Assembly (NCBI GenBank): GCA_001643675.2
Contig: LSRY02000017.1
Span: 124,001 to 188,000 of the forward strand
Length of the DNA stretch: 64,000 nt
Reading direction: 5' to 3'
Origin: Monocercomonoides exilis PA203
Lineage: Eukaryota > Protista > Preaxostyla
The notes under the pieces were generated by a model, which worked only from the letters and a program-made list of their open reading frames with translations, was not told the DNA's origin and searched no databases. How positions within the stretch are numbered: the first letter of the stretch is position 1; every line of letters begins with the position of its first letter. This document shows, one piece after another, positions 50,981 through 63,911 of the stretch. Position numbers and translations under genes: made by a program.

Positions 50981-51958
50981 GAGTATTTTTATTGGTACCA
51001 GTTTTTTTATTGGCACCAAAAATTATTTTCATTATCTTCATTTCATTAAAGCTCATAAATCTGTTTCATAACATAAGTACAAAAAACAAATAAAAATTAA
51101 GCTATACGTCAAATATTTTTTCTAAAAAACTTTCTCAGAAAAACGATCTAATAATTTTTAACTTTTATATTTCGATCAATATTTTGCTCGTATTTTCTTG
51201 ACTGATTGCTGTTGCGAGTTTTTATCACGGAATTCACAAAAACAATTGTATTTTCCGTATTTATTACTTATTCGTTATATTTTGAACCATTTATTTAAGT
51301 GTATTTTTGCATTTCACCATTTTTGTTAAAACATGCAAAATCAAATGAATGTGTTTGTTTTATCGATTTTCATGAAGTTTGTGATATTTAATATGTTTAT
51401 TTAACAACATATTCTTGATATTGAATAATTGCCAATTTGTCAATATTTTGATAAATGCAATTCTTTGAAAAGCGTGATCCATTGATTTCTTTCAAATTTT
51501 GAATTAAAGTTCGTTTTCAAAAAATGTATAATATACAAAAATAATTTTTTTATCAATATCTTTTGATATTTTTTGACAAGACAAACACATTCATTTGATT
51601 TTGCATGTTTTAACAAAAATGGTGAAATGCAAAAATACACTTAAATAAATGGTTCAAAATATAACGAATAAGTAATAAATACGGAAAATACAATTGTTTT
51701 TGTGAATTCCGTGATAAAAACTCGCAACAGCAATCAGTCAAGAAAATACGAGCAAAATATTGATCGAAATATAAAAGTTAAAAATTATTAGATCGTTTTT
51801 CTGAGAAAGTTTTTTAGAAAAAATATTTGACGTATAGCTTAATTTTTATTTGTTTTTTGTACTTATGTTATGAAACAGATTTATGAGCTTTAATGAAATG
51901 AAGATAATGAAAATAATTTTTGGTGCCAATAAAAAAACTGGTACCAATAAAAATACTC
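50981..51958. repeat. Long inverted repeat (378-bp arms 50981-51358 and 51581-51958, 222-bp spacer); foldback or non-autonomous transposon
   Basis: Arms are reverse complements with no mismatch seen by eye. Doubled subterminal motif ttttattgg(t/c)acca. Confidence 0.93.
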
Positions 51959-54137
51959 GCCTAAACACATTAACAAAGAAAAAATCTTTATTTCCAACAT
52001 TTCCTTTTAGAAAATATCTCTCTCATTTCTCTTAGGGATTTGATCATATATTTTTGATAATAACTGCTTTCACAACACTGAAATTTTTTAGTTTTTTATC
52101 TAAAAATTTTCCTGTTTGAGGATTTTTTCATCCAAAAACAGGTTTTTCATGGTCAATAGTTCAACTTTCAAACTTTTTTTTTTCTCAGGTCTCAATGTGC
52201 CTTTTTCCTTTTTATTTTTCAAATTGGTGATTATTTATGTTATCATAACTTTCTTTGTGATGTTGATTGTAATTATAAAATTTTGTGTATTTGTAAATTA
52301 AAATTTTCGTCAAAAAGATTAATTCATTTGGGTGATAATTTTTCAAAACAAACATATTCTTTGATTTTTTTAAATTGGAAAATTGTCCTTTAATGTTTGG
52401 AAATGAACACTGAAAAGTGAACAGGCATATTTAAGAGATCATCGTCTTTATTTCAGCTCTAACATTTATTTTTTGAACAGTCGTGATAAATTCAGCATTT
52501 GAATTCAAAAACTTTTCTTTATTACAAACAACCTTTGAAAAATCAATACCCCGAAAAAAGTAATGATTTCGAAAACAATCACCCATTTCTTTGTATCAAA
52601 AGATATAGTTATATGTGAAAGAAAAATAGTGATGTTTTTGTTTGAGTTATCGCTTTTCTGTGTTGATTAACGAAAGTTTTTGAAATAAATAATTGAACCG
52701 AGATATTTATTCGAAAAAATATGATTCGAAAAATAATAACCTAAATGAAACATTTTTTCGTGGAATCAACAACAAAAAATGTTTTATTCGTTTTGAAAAT
52801 GGTATGGATATTTTATTGTTGATTCTATGAAAAAGAATTGAATGTGTGATTATGAATATGAAACTATGTGATTTCATGAATTTGAAAATGAATAGAAATA
52901 TGTGAAAAATTCGTATGTGCACTGGTCATAGAAATAATTACAGATGCAAACAATATTCAATGGAATAATATTAGGTTTTGATTGAAACTTTTATCTCACA
53001 ATATGGTTTGTTTTAAATTGACAAACAAAATTATTATTTTTCTTTTATAACTATAATCTGAATGAGACATTTTTTTCAAACATTGAGCATGAAAACACTG
53101 TTTGGATAGATCGAATTTTCCTGGTCCATAATTTGAATTTTGCTTTTTTGATAATTGCATAAGTTTTTCAAATAAAAAGAAAATTCAGCAATTTAATCGA
53201 CAGATGTCAACCACTAGTTGATCAGGGATTCAGCGCACCAATAAAAACTTTTACGGTGAAAATAAAGCGTTTTAGTTACAAACAATGAAAAATAATTATC
53301 GTTTTAATCAAAATAAACCAGGGTTCTTGTATTGTTAAATTTTCAAAATAATATTCCACCAGGAACAGCAAACTGTCGAAGATAAAAAGATTCGTGTTTT
53401 ATATGTCATCACCATAGCTGCGACACATGTTCATTTTATTGCCACTATTATTTTATTCTTTCACGAATTATATAAACAAATGATGGAAACGATACACTTA
53501 TCACTATGCGAAAAAACATATGATTTCTATTATAAACATCTATAATGAAATTCTTTATTTTAATTAAAACCAAAAATTTTTAAATATAAATAACAATTTT
53601 TAATTAAAGAAATTATTTAAGAAATGTGAAATTTTCTGTCCATTGAATTTTAAAAAATATAATTTGATAATTTGAATAATGAATGCAATGAATTTCTTCC
53701 CCCCAAAAGATATGATTTTGTCTTGCATTCATTTGTAGCAATGTTTTTAGAAACAACAAACATTCATTCTTTTTATGAATGCAAATTTTCTTGCTAAAGT
53801 CGATAAACTTTTTTAATAAAATGAACACCATTGAAGTTATTATTTCTCAAATTATCGCTCAACATTGTCATAACACAGAGACAAATTTGAAAAAGAAAAA
53901 ATAAAAATCAAGTTTTTTTTATCACCAATCTGTTTTAAAAAAAAAAATAAGAAAATAAGTGTGAAAGTTGTCGATCACAAGAAATTAAATCAGAAATTAT
54001 TCGTTGTTAATTGCAGGATAAATATTAAAAATTTTGAATAAGTTATTATTCATTCATTCATTTTTTTATTTATTTCAAGTCAAAAAAATAAGGGGTGCAG
54101 GCAATTTTGATTTTCAGTTTTTCTCCTATCTACATCT

Positions 54138-57100
54138 ATGGTGAGGTGCTCCACCAACATGAAAGCAGCACACAATTTTGTTGCATTATTATTGCTTGCC
54201 ATAAGCTGCGGAAATAGCCAAGAAATTGCAGAAAAACAAATTCAACAAGAAAGGGATGAGGAGATGCAGAAAGGCAAGATCAACATTTCAGATGAAAAAG
54301 GAACGGATAGCAATATTTTTTCGATTCGGAATGAAGTGATTGGGAATGCATCAGGAAATCACATCTGTGGTGCTCACACAAGCTTCGCCCTCATCAACAC
54401 CTCCTTGTGTGTGACCCATCTCAACCTCATCCCTCTCAGTGGCTGTCCACTCCTCACTGCCCAGCACCACTCCGCTGCCTCCATCTGCTCCTCCACTTGC
54501 ATCATCCACCCACCTTCCCTCAACAACCGCCACCAACTCCACCTCTTCCTCTCTGCCCATGCCTCCCTCGCCCTCACGAACTTCTCCCTCATCATCCCTC
54601 AACCAGCTGTCATCTCCTTTCCCCTCTTCTCCACCCAAATAATCCCCTTTATTCTGCCCACTCTCCAATCCCTGCCTCCTTCTCCATCTCTCACTCCTCA
54701 TTCTTCTCTTTCGTCTCCCTCATCCAACCTTTCCTTTTTTCTCCTTCTTCTCTCTCTTCCTCGTCCTCTTCTCCATCCCCTTCCCTTTCCCCTTCTCCTT
54801 CCTCATCCTCATCCTCATCCTCATTCTCATCATCTTCTATTTCTTCCCCTTTCCCTTCCTCTTCCCCTTCCATTTCCTCTTCCCCTTCCCCTCTCCATAT
54901 CCATCGCCAATCCCATTCCCACCTCCAAATCCACCTCCATCTCCATCTCTCAAACACCCTCTTCGCAAACATCTCCTCTCCTCAATCTCATCTATCACTT
55001 TCATCCCTTCCCTCCCACTCACTCAACCCATTCGCCTCAACCTCTTCTTCCTCTTCTCTCTCTTCCACCAATATCAACGCATATGCAATCCCCTCCTTCT
55101 CCATTCGCTCAACCCTCTCTATCCACTCAACTCTCTTCCACCACACCCACAGCCCCATCGATGGTGCCATCCTCCCCAACCTCAACAGTCCATCCACTTC
55201 TCTTTCTGCCTTCAACACCTCTTTTCTTCACCAAACTCGATCTTCATCGAATGGCCCTATCGTACATGTTGGAAATGAAACTGATCGAAAAACTCCTGGA
55301 AGATTGGCTTCATTCGATTTAAACAGCTATCGCTTCGAATGGTGTGAATGGAATGATTCAAATAGCGGGTCAAATCGTGGTGGTGCACTTTATGTTTATT
55401 GCACAAATGCAAATCTCACAATCACGTCATGTTCGTTTTTCAATTGTTTAACCAGTGATCATGGTGGAGCATTGCATTGCGAAAATTTATTGAAAATCAA
55501 CATCACAAAATCCAATTTCACACGTTGTTCTGCATATCATGGGGGAGCAGTTCACGCAAGGTATCCGCAATCTTATTCTGTTTATTCATTCTCAGAAAAT
55601 AAAGTGGAAAGTTGTTCAATAACAAATTGGTGTGGAACTGATTGGTATTTTTACATAGGTGCTTTTCCTTCAAACGGTCAATTCCAGTTTTCCAAATGGA
55701 AGTGCATTGCAAATTTTGGTGGCATTTCTTCTGGTTCTTTAACATTTCGTTGGCCTCCGAATAACAAACCAAACAAATTTTTAATCATTGAGTGTCTGTT
55801 CATCGACAACAAGCTGACTGCTACTTCTTATGGCGGAGCTGGAATATACTTTGATGGAACTTCCTCTTGGATGAATGGAAAAAAATTCATCACTTTTTGT
55901 TTCTTCGATGGTAACACCGCTTCAAATGGCAGGGGAAACGATGTGTTTTTCAATGGCAGCATCACCCAGTCTCCATTCCAGCAATGCGGCTCAACAACCG
56001 CAACAAAAAGAGTGTGGAATGCAGGAACTGCAGATAATGCGATGTACAACAGTTGGCTTCCAATCATTGACCAGAACAAAATCGTTGCAAATGGTGGAAG
56101 TGATGTTGATGCCTGTGGCAAAACACAGCAAAGCCCATGTGCCACGGTTGAGTATGCTCTTGGATGTGTTGCTCCCTTCAGTGATGCCTCCCTCACTCTC
56201 CTCAGCTCCATTTTCACTCCCGCTCAAACACTTTCCTTCCGTGCCCCAACTACAAAAATCACAGGAAATGGCACAACTTCCACCACTATCTCCTCCAGTG
56301 GCATTCCCCAACCACAAAACTCACATTCACAGTCATCACAATCAGCATCATCATTTTCATCATTTTCATCATTTTCATCAATATCAACATTTTCTTCACC
56401 AGATCCATCTGCCTCGTTTGCCCTCTTCCAACAGACTCAGGGCTCCCTCACAGTCTCTGCCCTCGCCATCGCCCACAACTCCACAAGCACCATCACCCCC
56501 ATCCTCTTCCACCTCTCCGATAACTCCCCTTCCCTCAACCTCAACACAACCACCATCACCGGAACAACCTCCAATTCAATCACCACACCCCTCTTCTTCC
56601 TCACTGCTGGCTCCCTCGCCCTCAACCACACAGCAATCACCAGTCTCACCCTCAACAGCCAAAGCATCTTCCATCTCACCTCCCTCACAGCTCCCCTCAC
56701 CCTCAACTCCTCCAGCATCACCCACATCACCTCCACTGCCACCCCCGCCAGCTGTGTCCTCTCCTCTACCACCTCCCCTGCCCTCTCCCTCTCCCTCACC
56801 AACTGCACCATGACCAACATCAACTCAGCTCCACAAAACCAACAGACTGTCACCAATGGCGGGTGCATCTCATTCGCCTCATCTGCCCCTGCCAACTCGT
56901 TTTCGGTGAGTGACACCACCTTCTCCGACTGTTGTGTGAGTGAGGATGCGAGTTCCGGAGGAAGAGGTGGAGGGATATATCTGGATTGCAGCCTGAATGA
57001 AGAAGGATTTCAGTTTTCATCAATATCGTTTTCTGGGTGTAGGGCAACAGTCGGGAAGAACATGTTTGTGAAGCAACAATTTGATGAATTGTGTGAAGGC

Positions 57101-60100
57101 AGAGCGTTTTGCATTTGATTGCACAGAATATAAGGATGATGGAAATGCATTTGTTGGAGAAGATGCGATTTATGGGGAAATTGATCTCCGAGTGTTTCTT
57201 GTTTCTTTGAAGTGGATGGTTATGTCTGTGTCGAAGGCTGGACATGACACATTGGGATGTGGGAGTGAAATATTCCCATGTGAATCATTGAAAAGTGGAA
57301 TTGATCACATTGACAGAAGCGAAACAGAAGGAGAAAGGAAAGTGAATGTGAGAGATGATGGAACAATGGAAGATGCTTGTTTGTTTTCAAAAGCCATTGT
57401 GATTGATGGGTGTGTGAATGAGGAAGATGATATAAAGCACAGACTTGTTCATTTTGATGAGACAATAAATGGGGATTCTGCATCTTCTTCATCTGTAATT
57501 TCATCAACAGTTTCACTCAGCTTGTTATCTTTGAAGCTGCAGATTCCAAGTCAATTTGCATCAAATATGAATTCGTTGATCTCATCGAATGGGGTTCTTC
57601 AACTCAAAAACTGTTCCTTTGAAAACCAATCATCAGATATCTTTCAATACTCGTTGATAACCACAACAAGTGGAAGTTGCACATTGAAGGGATGCAGTTT
57701 GGCAGATTGTTCATTTGTCAAATGCCCATTGGAGATGAATTCTTCTGTTGTTATTGAAGAATGCAACTTTACAAATATTGTGAACACTGGAAGCAGTGAA
57801 GGAGGCTCAACAAAAGTGATATTGAAAGGGAATGAAATACTGGAGATCAAATCGACAAATGCATCTTCTTGTTCGCTTTTAACAACAAATGGAAAAGGAG
57901 GTTTCTTGTATCTGGATTGTCAAAATTGCTTGAATGAAGCACCATTTCTTTTGGAAGGCGTTTCGTTTGCAAACAACAAAGCAGCCATTGGAAAGAACAT
58001 GTTTATGCTGGCAAAGGATTTTAACAGTTCAGTCACAAATGATACATTCAAGTTTGATTATTTATCAATGAAAGATGATAAAACTCTGTTTGTTGGGAGT
58101 GATAACAATAATTCAAACAAAGATTTGTTCATGTTCCTCGTTCCATTCAGCTCAACTGAAATATTTATTTCATCGACTGGATTTGATGTTGCACGTTGCG
58201 GAAGTGAAGAAGAGCCATGCAAAACGATGTGGAAAGAGATGGAAAACATGAGAGATGGAGATGCTATGAAAACAATTCTGATTGAAGGATCAACTATTAT
58301 TCAAAACTCATTCAATGTGTCCAATTATTTGATCAAAAAAAGTGTAAAGATGGGAGAAGAAGAAACAAAAGCCAAATTGAATTTTGAAAAGGCAGTTGGA
58401 AGTCAACTGGAATATTTCATGGGAAATGATATTCACCTTAAATTGAGGAATATCCAACTGCAACTGACACCTGGATTTGACAACTCAGCAGAATCAATTA
58501 TTTCAAACAGAGGTGGAGATTTGGTGATAACTGGATCCTCATTCCATTCAGAAGCAGGAGTGAACAATGGATTTGATTGTAAGTTTGTGGATGTGATTAG
58601 AGGCAGTGTGGAAGTGAATGATTTGTCGATTGAATCATGCAATGTTGGAAACAGTATATTTACCATTCACGATTCTGGAGTTGTTTGCCATTTGGCGAAT
58701 GTTTGAGTGGATTCGTTGAATGAAAGCAGAGGATGCATTTTGTCAATCAAGAAATCTGAGCCAGGATCAAAATTGAAAAACAAAAATGAGAAAATAAATC
58801 TTCAAATTGAGAAATCATCATTTTCAGGAGTGAAGAGGAGCGACAATGGAGCGAGCATTTTGGAGTCTGCGAGTGAGAATAAGATTTGTTTGGCTGTGAA
58901 TGAGAGCAACATCGCAGAAGACAAAGCAGAATTGAGTGAAAAAGGAGGGGCGATATTCTTCACATTGGGTGCATCTGGATCAATGAAGATGATTGACTCA
59001 ACAATCAGTCAATGCAGCTGCAACAACAACACAGGGAGAGGAGGAGGAGTGTATCTGGCGACAAAGGAAAGAGGAGAATTGAATTTCACATTTGTGAGGA
59101 TGAAATTCAGTGCAAACACAGCAAGTGTGGGGAATGATATTTTCATTGAATGTTTCAACATCACATCGCAGATCAATGAAAGCCAGTTTCGGTTTGATCT
59201 TCGAGAGGGATATTACACTCGCAACAATGCAATATATGGAATTGATGAATACCAGCATGCAATTAACACAGATCTTATTGGATTGATAACAATCCATCAG
59301 AGTGACACAATCATTGTGAGCAGCGTGAATGGATCGAATGAGAGACAATGTGGAACCAACACGCTTCCGTGTTGTTCGATAGATTATGGGTTGATGCATC
59401 TGACTTCAGATTTCATTAGCCAGATGTTTATTGTTGAAGAGAGTGCAATTGGTGAAGAGATGCATATGAAGGAAATGAGTTTGAGTTCAAAGAACAGAGA
59501 AAACTGTGAAATTGAAGTGAAATCAGAGATTGATAGAACGAGAATGGTTTTGATAGCAACAACAGAAGCAGTATCATTGCTGAGAGTGAACTTTGTATTA
59601 AACACAAATTTCACATCCACGCATGAATCACTGATATCACCAGAGGGAGGGATTCTTGAAATTATGAATATCTCATTCACAACAAAACAATTGACGGAAA
59701 GAGAAAATCCTGATTTTGCGAGCATTCCATTCCACATTATTCAAATGGTAAAAGGAGAATTACAACTTGATGGATGCACAATTTCAAATCTCATTCTTCA
59801 AAAGTCTGCACTGTATCTTTCATCATTTTCTCCATCAGTAATTTATTTATTAACGATTTGCAATTCAACAATAAAAACTTCTCTGATAGATATTAATGAA
59901 TGTGGGCAATTGAATATGGAAAAGGTTCAAACAGAAAATATCACAGTTGAAGGAAATGAAGAATCGTTGATATCTTGCTTGTCAATGAAAAAGGCGATTC
60001 AATTAACAAATTGCACAATAGGGAAAATAAGTTCAAAGAACACAAAAGGAAAATTGATGAAATTGGAGGATTGCTTGGATGTAAAAATGGATAGTTGCAT

Positions 60101-62077
60101 TTTTGATGGGAGCGCAAAGGAAAGAAATGAAAAGAATTTGGATGTTGAAGAAGAAGAGACGTGCAGATGGGATGAATCTCTTGTGGATGTTGTGAAGAGT
60201 TCTGTAATGATGAAAGATACAACAATATCAGATTCACCAAAAGGTGGAATATCAATGAGTGGAGGAAATGTGATAATTGAAACAGGGAATTTCACGAACA
60301 ATAATCCATCTATTGAAGGATATTCATCACTGAGAAGAAACATCATTTGTTCAGATTCAGGAACATTGAATGTGATGAGTTTGAAAGGGGGAGATGGATT
60401 GAAGGATAATACTTCACTTTGGATGTTGAATGAAGGATGCAGTTTTGAAGGGATTATTTCAGAAAGAGATTCATCATTTTTCATTCCTGTGCTGGAGAGT
60501 GTGGAAGCAAAAGAAGAGACAGATAAAATAAAATTGACAATAAAAGGGATGCTTTTTATTCCATGCAATCTGCCATTTTCAATTGTGAAGAGAAAAGGAG
60601 AAGAGAAAGAGATTGAACAACATAATTTTGATTCAAATGGATTCTTGTCAGAAAGAGAAGCAGAAGGAAGTGTGGCAAAAGATCTTATCAGCAGTTGTGG
60701 AGATGAAATAGAACTGAGTGTTCATATTTCGTTTGGAAATGCAGAGTCTCCTTCATCAACAAATTTATTCATCCTGAAGAACAGAAGTGAACCTCAATCA
60801 AAAGGAGATGAAAGAATTGCGAAAGGAGAAAATGAAGGAAAATCGAAATGGCCAATTATTGTGATTGTTTTATTGGTTGTGATATTATTGATAGTTCTTG
60901 CCATTTCAATTATATTCGTTGCTCGATGGAAGAAGGCAAAGAATGAGAATAAAGATTTGAGAGAGATAGTGAATGACACAGTGAAAAAGGATCCGAAGGC
61001 ATTTGAGATGGTAACTATGGAGATGTCTCCCGAGGAGCAGTGGAGAAGAGCAGAGAGAGAAGCTGAAAAGAAAAATGAAGAAAAGATAAATAAGAGAGTG
61101 TATGAAAAAAGCTTGGGACACTCGGAATCATCAGAGCATTTGTTGAATGAAAGCGATTCAACTGAATACATATTGGGGAGAGATTCAGACAAGATTCCTG
61201 ATTGGGTGTTGGAGAAGGTTGAGGAAGAGGAGACAAGAAAGAGATCGTCATCTCCCTCTGTTTCATCAACTTCAACAACAGACACTTCAGATACTGACAC
61301 AACATTTGTTCGAGCGGAGAGTCTGTGTCCCACCACCTCATCGATGTCTAACTTGGTGGATGCGACGTACTGTTCATCGCCTCACGAAAAGCTAATTGTG
61401 GATCTGAGGGATTCGTTGTTTGTGTTGCTTCACGGGAGGAACGAGAAGAAAGAAATGGCGATTGGGGTTTGCAAGAAAGAGAGATGACAGCTGCACAGAT
61501 CCTGTTCTGGGTGGCTAATCTGGCGCTGCACTCATTTGACGAGATGGAGAACAAGCTTCAGTCATTGGCCAACCTCAGCCCGCACGTTGTTCTGTTTTCA
61601 GAGCACATGGTGATCTGCATTGTGATACATTCCGATTTTTCTTCTGATGACAGTTCAGACTCATCATCCATCTCTTCATCAACAGTTGTGACATCTGCAA
61701 GCGAAGATGATGATAGAGACTCTCTGCCTTCATCTGCATTTGAGGATGAGGAAGACAACAAGAAGGAATGTATGAGATGGAAGGCACCAGAACTGATGGT
61801 GAACAGGAAGATGGAGGCAACAAAGAAGTCTGTTGTGTTTTCTATTGGAATGATGGCATGGGAGTGTCTGACGCTCCAGATTCCATTTGGAGAGTATGAG
61901 GCTGAGGCAGCTGGGCAAAAGATTGTGAACGGCGAAAGGCCAAATATCAGCTCAATCGGAATAACATATCTGCAACTTGTGAAAAGCAGCCTTGCCACGC
62001 AGGCAAATACTCGTCCAACACTTGTTGAAATCAAGCGAAATTTTATTAGTCAAGCCTCAGCTGGAGCAGCTCAGTAG
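54138..62077 (+). pseudogene. Intronless receptor-like surface protein gene (signal peptide, beta-helix GGA-repeat ectodomain, TM, C-lobe-only pseudokinase), disrupted
   Basis: Five successive ORFs joined by frameshifts near 54630, 57071 and 61467 and an in-frame TGA at 58704. Repeated GG[AG][ILV]Y motifs, four CG-x4/5-PC modules, TM at ~60849-60923, and kinase subdomains VIII-XI (RWKAPE, SVVFSIGMMAWE, IPF, GERP, RPTL). Confidence 0.82.
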
Positions 62078-63280
62078 ACAATGTCAGATGCCATTGATTT
62101 GCAGTACTATATTGATAGCAAAGAATGCAATTATGAGACGAACTGCTCGCTCGAAGTTAGCCTTTAAGAAATTTTCCCAAAAAACAACGAATAAATTGCG
62201 AAAAAAAGAACCAACATAAGCACAGAAAGCAAAGCAAATAAATTGAAACGGAAAAAAGAGGGTTGAAGAAGGAGACAAGTTGGATACAAACTGATATTTA
62301 TCCATTTTTCTTTTTATTTTGATTCATCTTTTTGATTTTCAGTGGAGTTAGAAACGGCAAGACAAGTTGCATTTGTTTGTGCGATTCAAACAATACGATT
62401 GAGTTTGAGTTGACAAAGAGATGCATTCGAGTTCAGTCAGTTTTTCATGATGTTCTTTCTCTGGGATTCAGAGAAACGGGTGAGAAATCCTTGAATAAGC
62501 AGTTGGTTGATTTTTGATATTTTTGAATAAATAGAACAACTAATCCATCTTCAAATTATGCTTTTATTTGCGCTTTGGTCAACTTATTACACTCAATGGA
62601 ATAATATGAAATGATTTTTTACAATTGAAAATATGCTTTATTGTAAAATTTTCGAATAAAAAAAATTGGAAAAGGAGAATCAATCGACACCTCTTTTTAT
62701 CACCCACATTATTTTAATATTAAAAAAAATTTTTTTTCCCTTTAATAAGCTCTGAAAGAATGTTTTTTGCGTTCACGATTAATTATTTTCGCATTATTAT
62801 CGCTAGGGTTAAGAAATTATAAAAAATTTTAGGGTTTTCCTCAAAAAATAAAAATATTCTTTTTTGAAATAAAAAGAAAAAAATGAAGTTGATTTTTCTT
62901 TTCAGAATCCCGCTATTATACCAAATAAATCTTCAAATAGTTTTAATGTAGATCATTTGATATGTGATACAAATAATTTTCTATGTCTATTCTTACGTGA
63001 CTGATAAGTCTTCTATTTCCGAATTAATAATAATTATTTGTGAATTTTTAAGTTCCTTCATGAGGTAATTTCTGCGCTTTGGGTTTTTGCATAACCGTAT
63101 TTCGAACACATCAAATCGCTTAATTTAAAAAGTGAATCAAATTTCTGTATTCTTTTTTTAAGCTCTTTTTCAAGAAAAGCAAAAATATGTATATAATCCT
63201 CAATAAAAATTTCGAAAGATAATCTCCATCAATTTTATAAAAAAAATACAGATAACGCAAAAAATTCCGTTCATCGCATA

Positions 63281-63911
63281 AAAAAACCAGACAAGAACAA
63301 TTTCACTAAACATGTGTAACTATGTGTCTATTGACAGACAAAATTGGTTTCCTGACGGACCGAGAGAAAGTTTTCACGACAGAACTTCAATTATGAAAAC
63401 AACAATATCAAATGTTAATATTATCAAATGTTAATTCAAATTAGCGAAGAAAAAAAATACGTTTTTCAAAAAGGATATTGACTAAAATCAAATTTGGAAT
63501 TTTTTGATCATCGGACTGTCAGTCAAGTCAGTGACTGTCAATGGAGTCAGTATCTGTCAAAAAAGAATTTTTCATTTTATTCAATTCTTCATACTTCACT
63601 TTGTTTCATAAATAAAACGAAAAATTCTTTTTTGACAGATACTGACTCCATTGACAGTCACTGACTTTACTGACAGTCCGATGATCAAAAAATTCCAAAT
63701 TTGATTTTAGTCAATATCATTTTTGAAAAACGTATTTTTTTTCTTCGCTAATTTGAATTAACATTTGATAATATTAACATTTGATATTGTTGTTTTCATA
63801 ATTGAAGTTCTGTCGTGAAAACTTTCTCTCGGTCTGTCAGGAAACCAATTTTGTCTGTCAATAGACACATAGTTACACATGTTTAGTGAAATTGTTCTTG
63901 TTCGGTTTTTT
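63281..63911. repeat. Long inverted repeat (~300-bp arms 63281-63581 and 63611-63911, ~29-bp spacer); foldback/MITE-like
   Basis: Arms are reverse complementary with only a handful of mismatches. Clustered ctgtca/agtcag submotifs lie near the inner ends. Confidence 0.93.

Noticed and set aside
51960-54100. Short F/I/K-rich ORFs in the AT-rich spacer
   Set aside because: Composition typical of random AT-rich ORFs, with no motifs or consistent splice structure.
62803-62836. TAGGGTT/TTAGGG hexamers as telomeric repeats
   Set aside because: Isolated units only, no tandem array.
63514-63560. Short repeated gtcag motifs as a CRISPR-like array
   Set aside because: No constant repeat with unique spacers, no cas genes, and a eukaryotic context.
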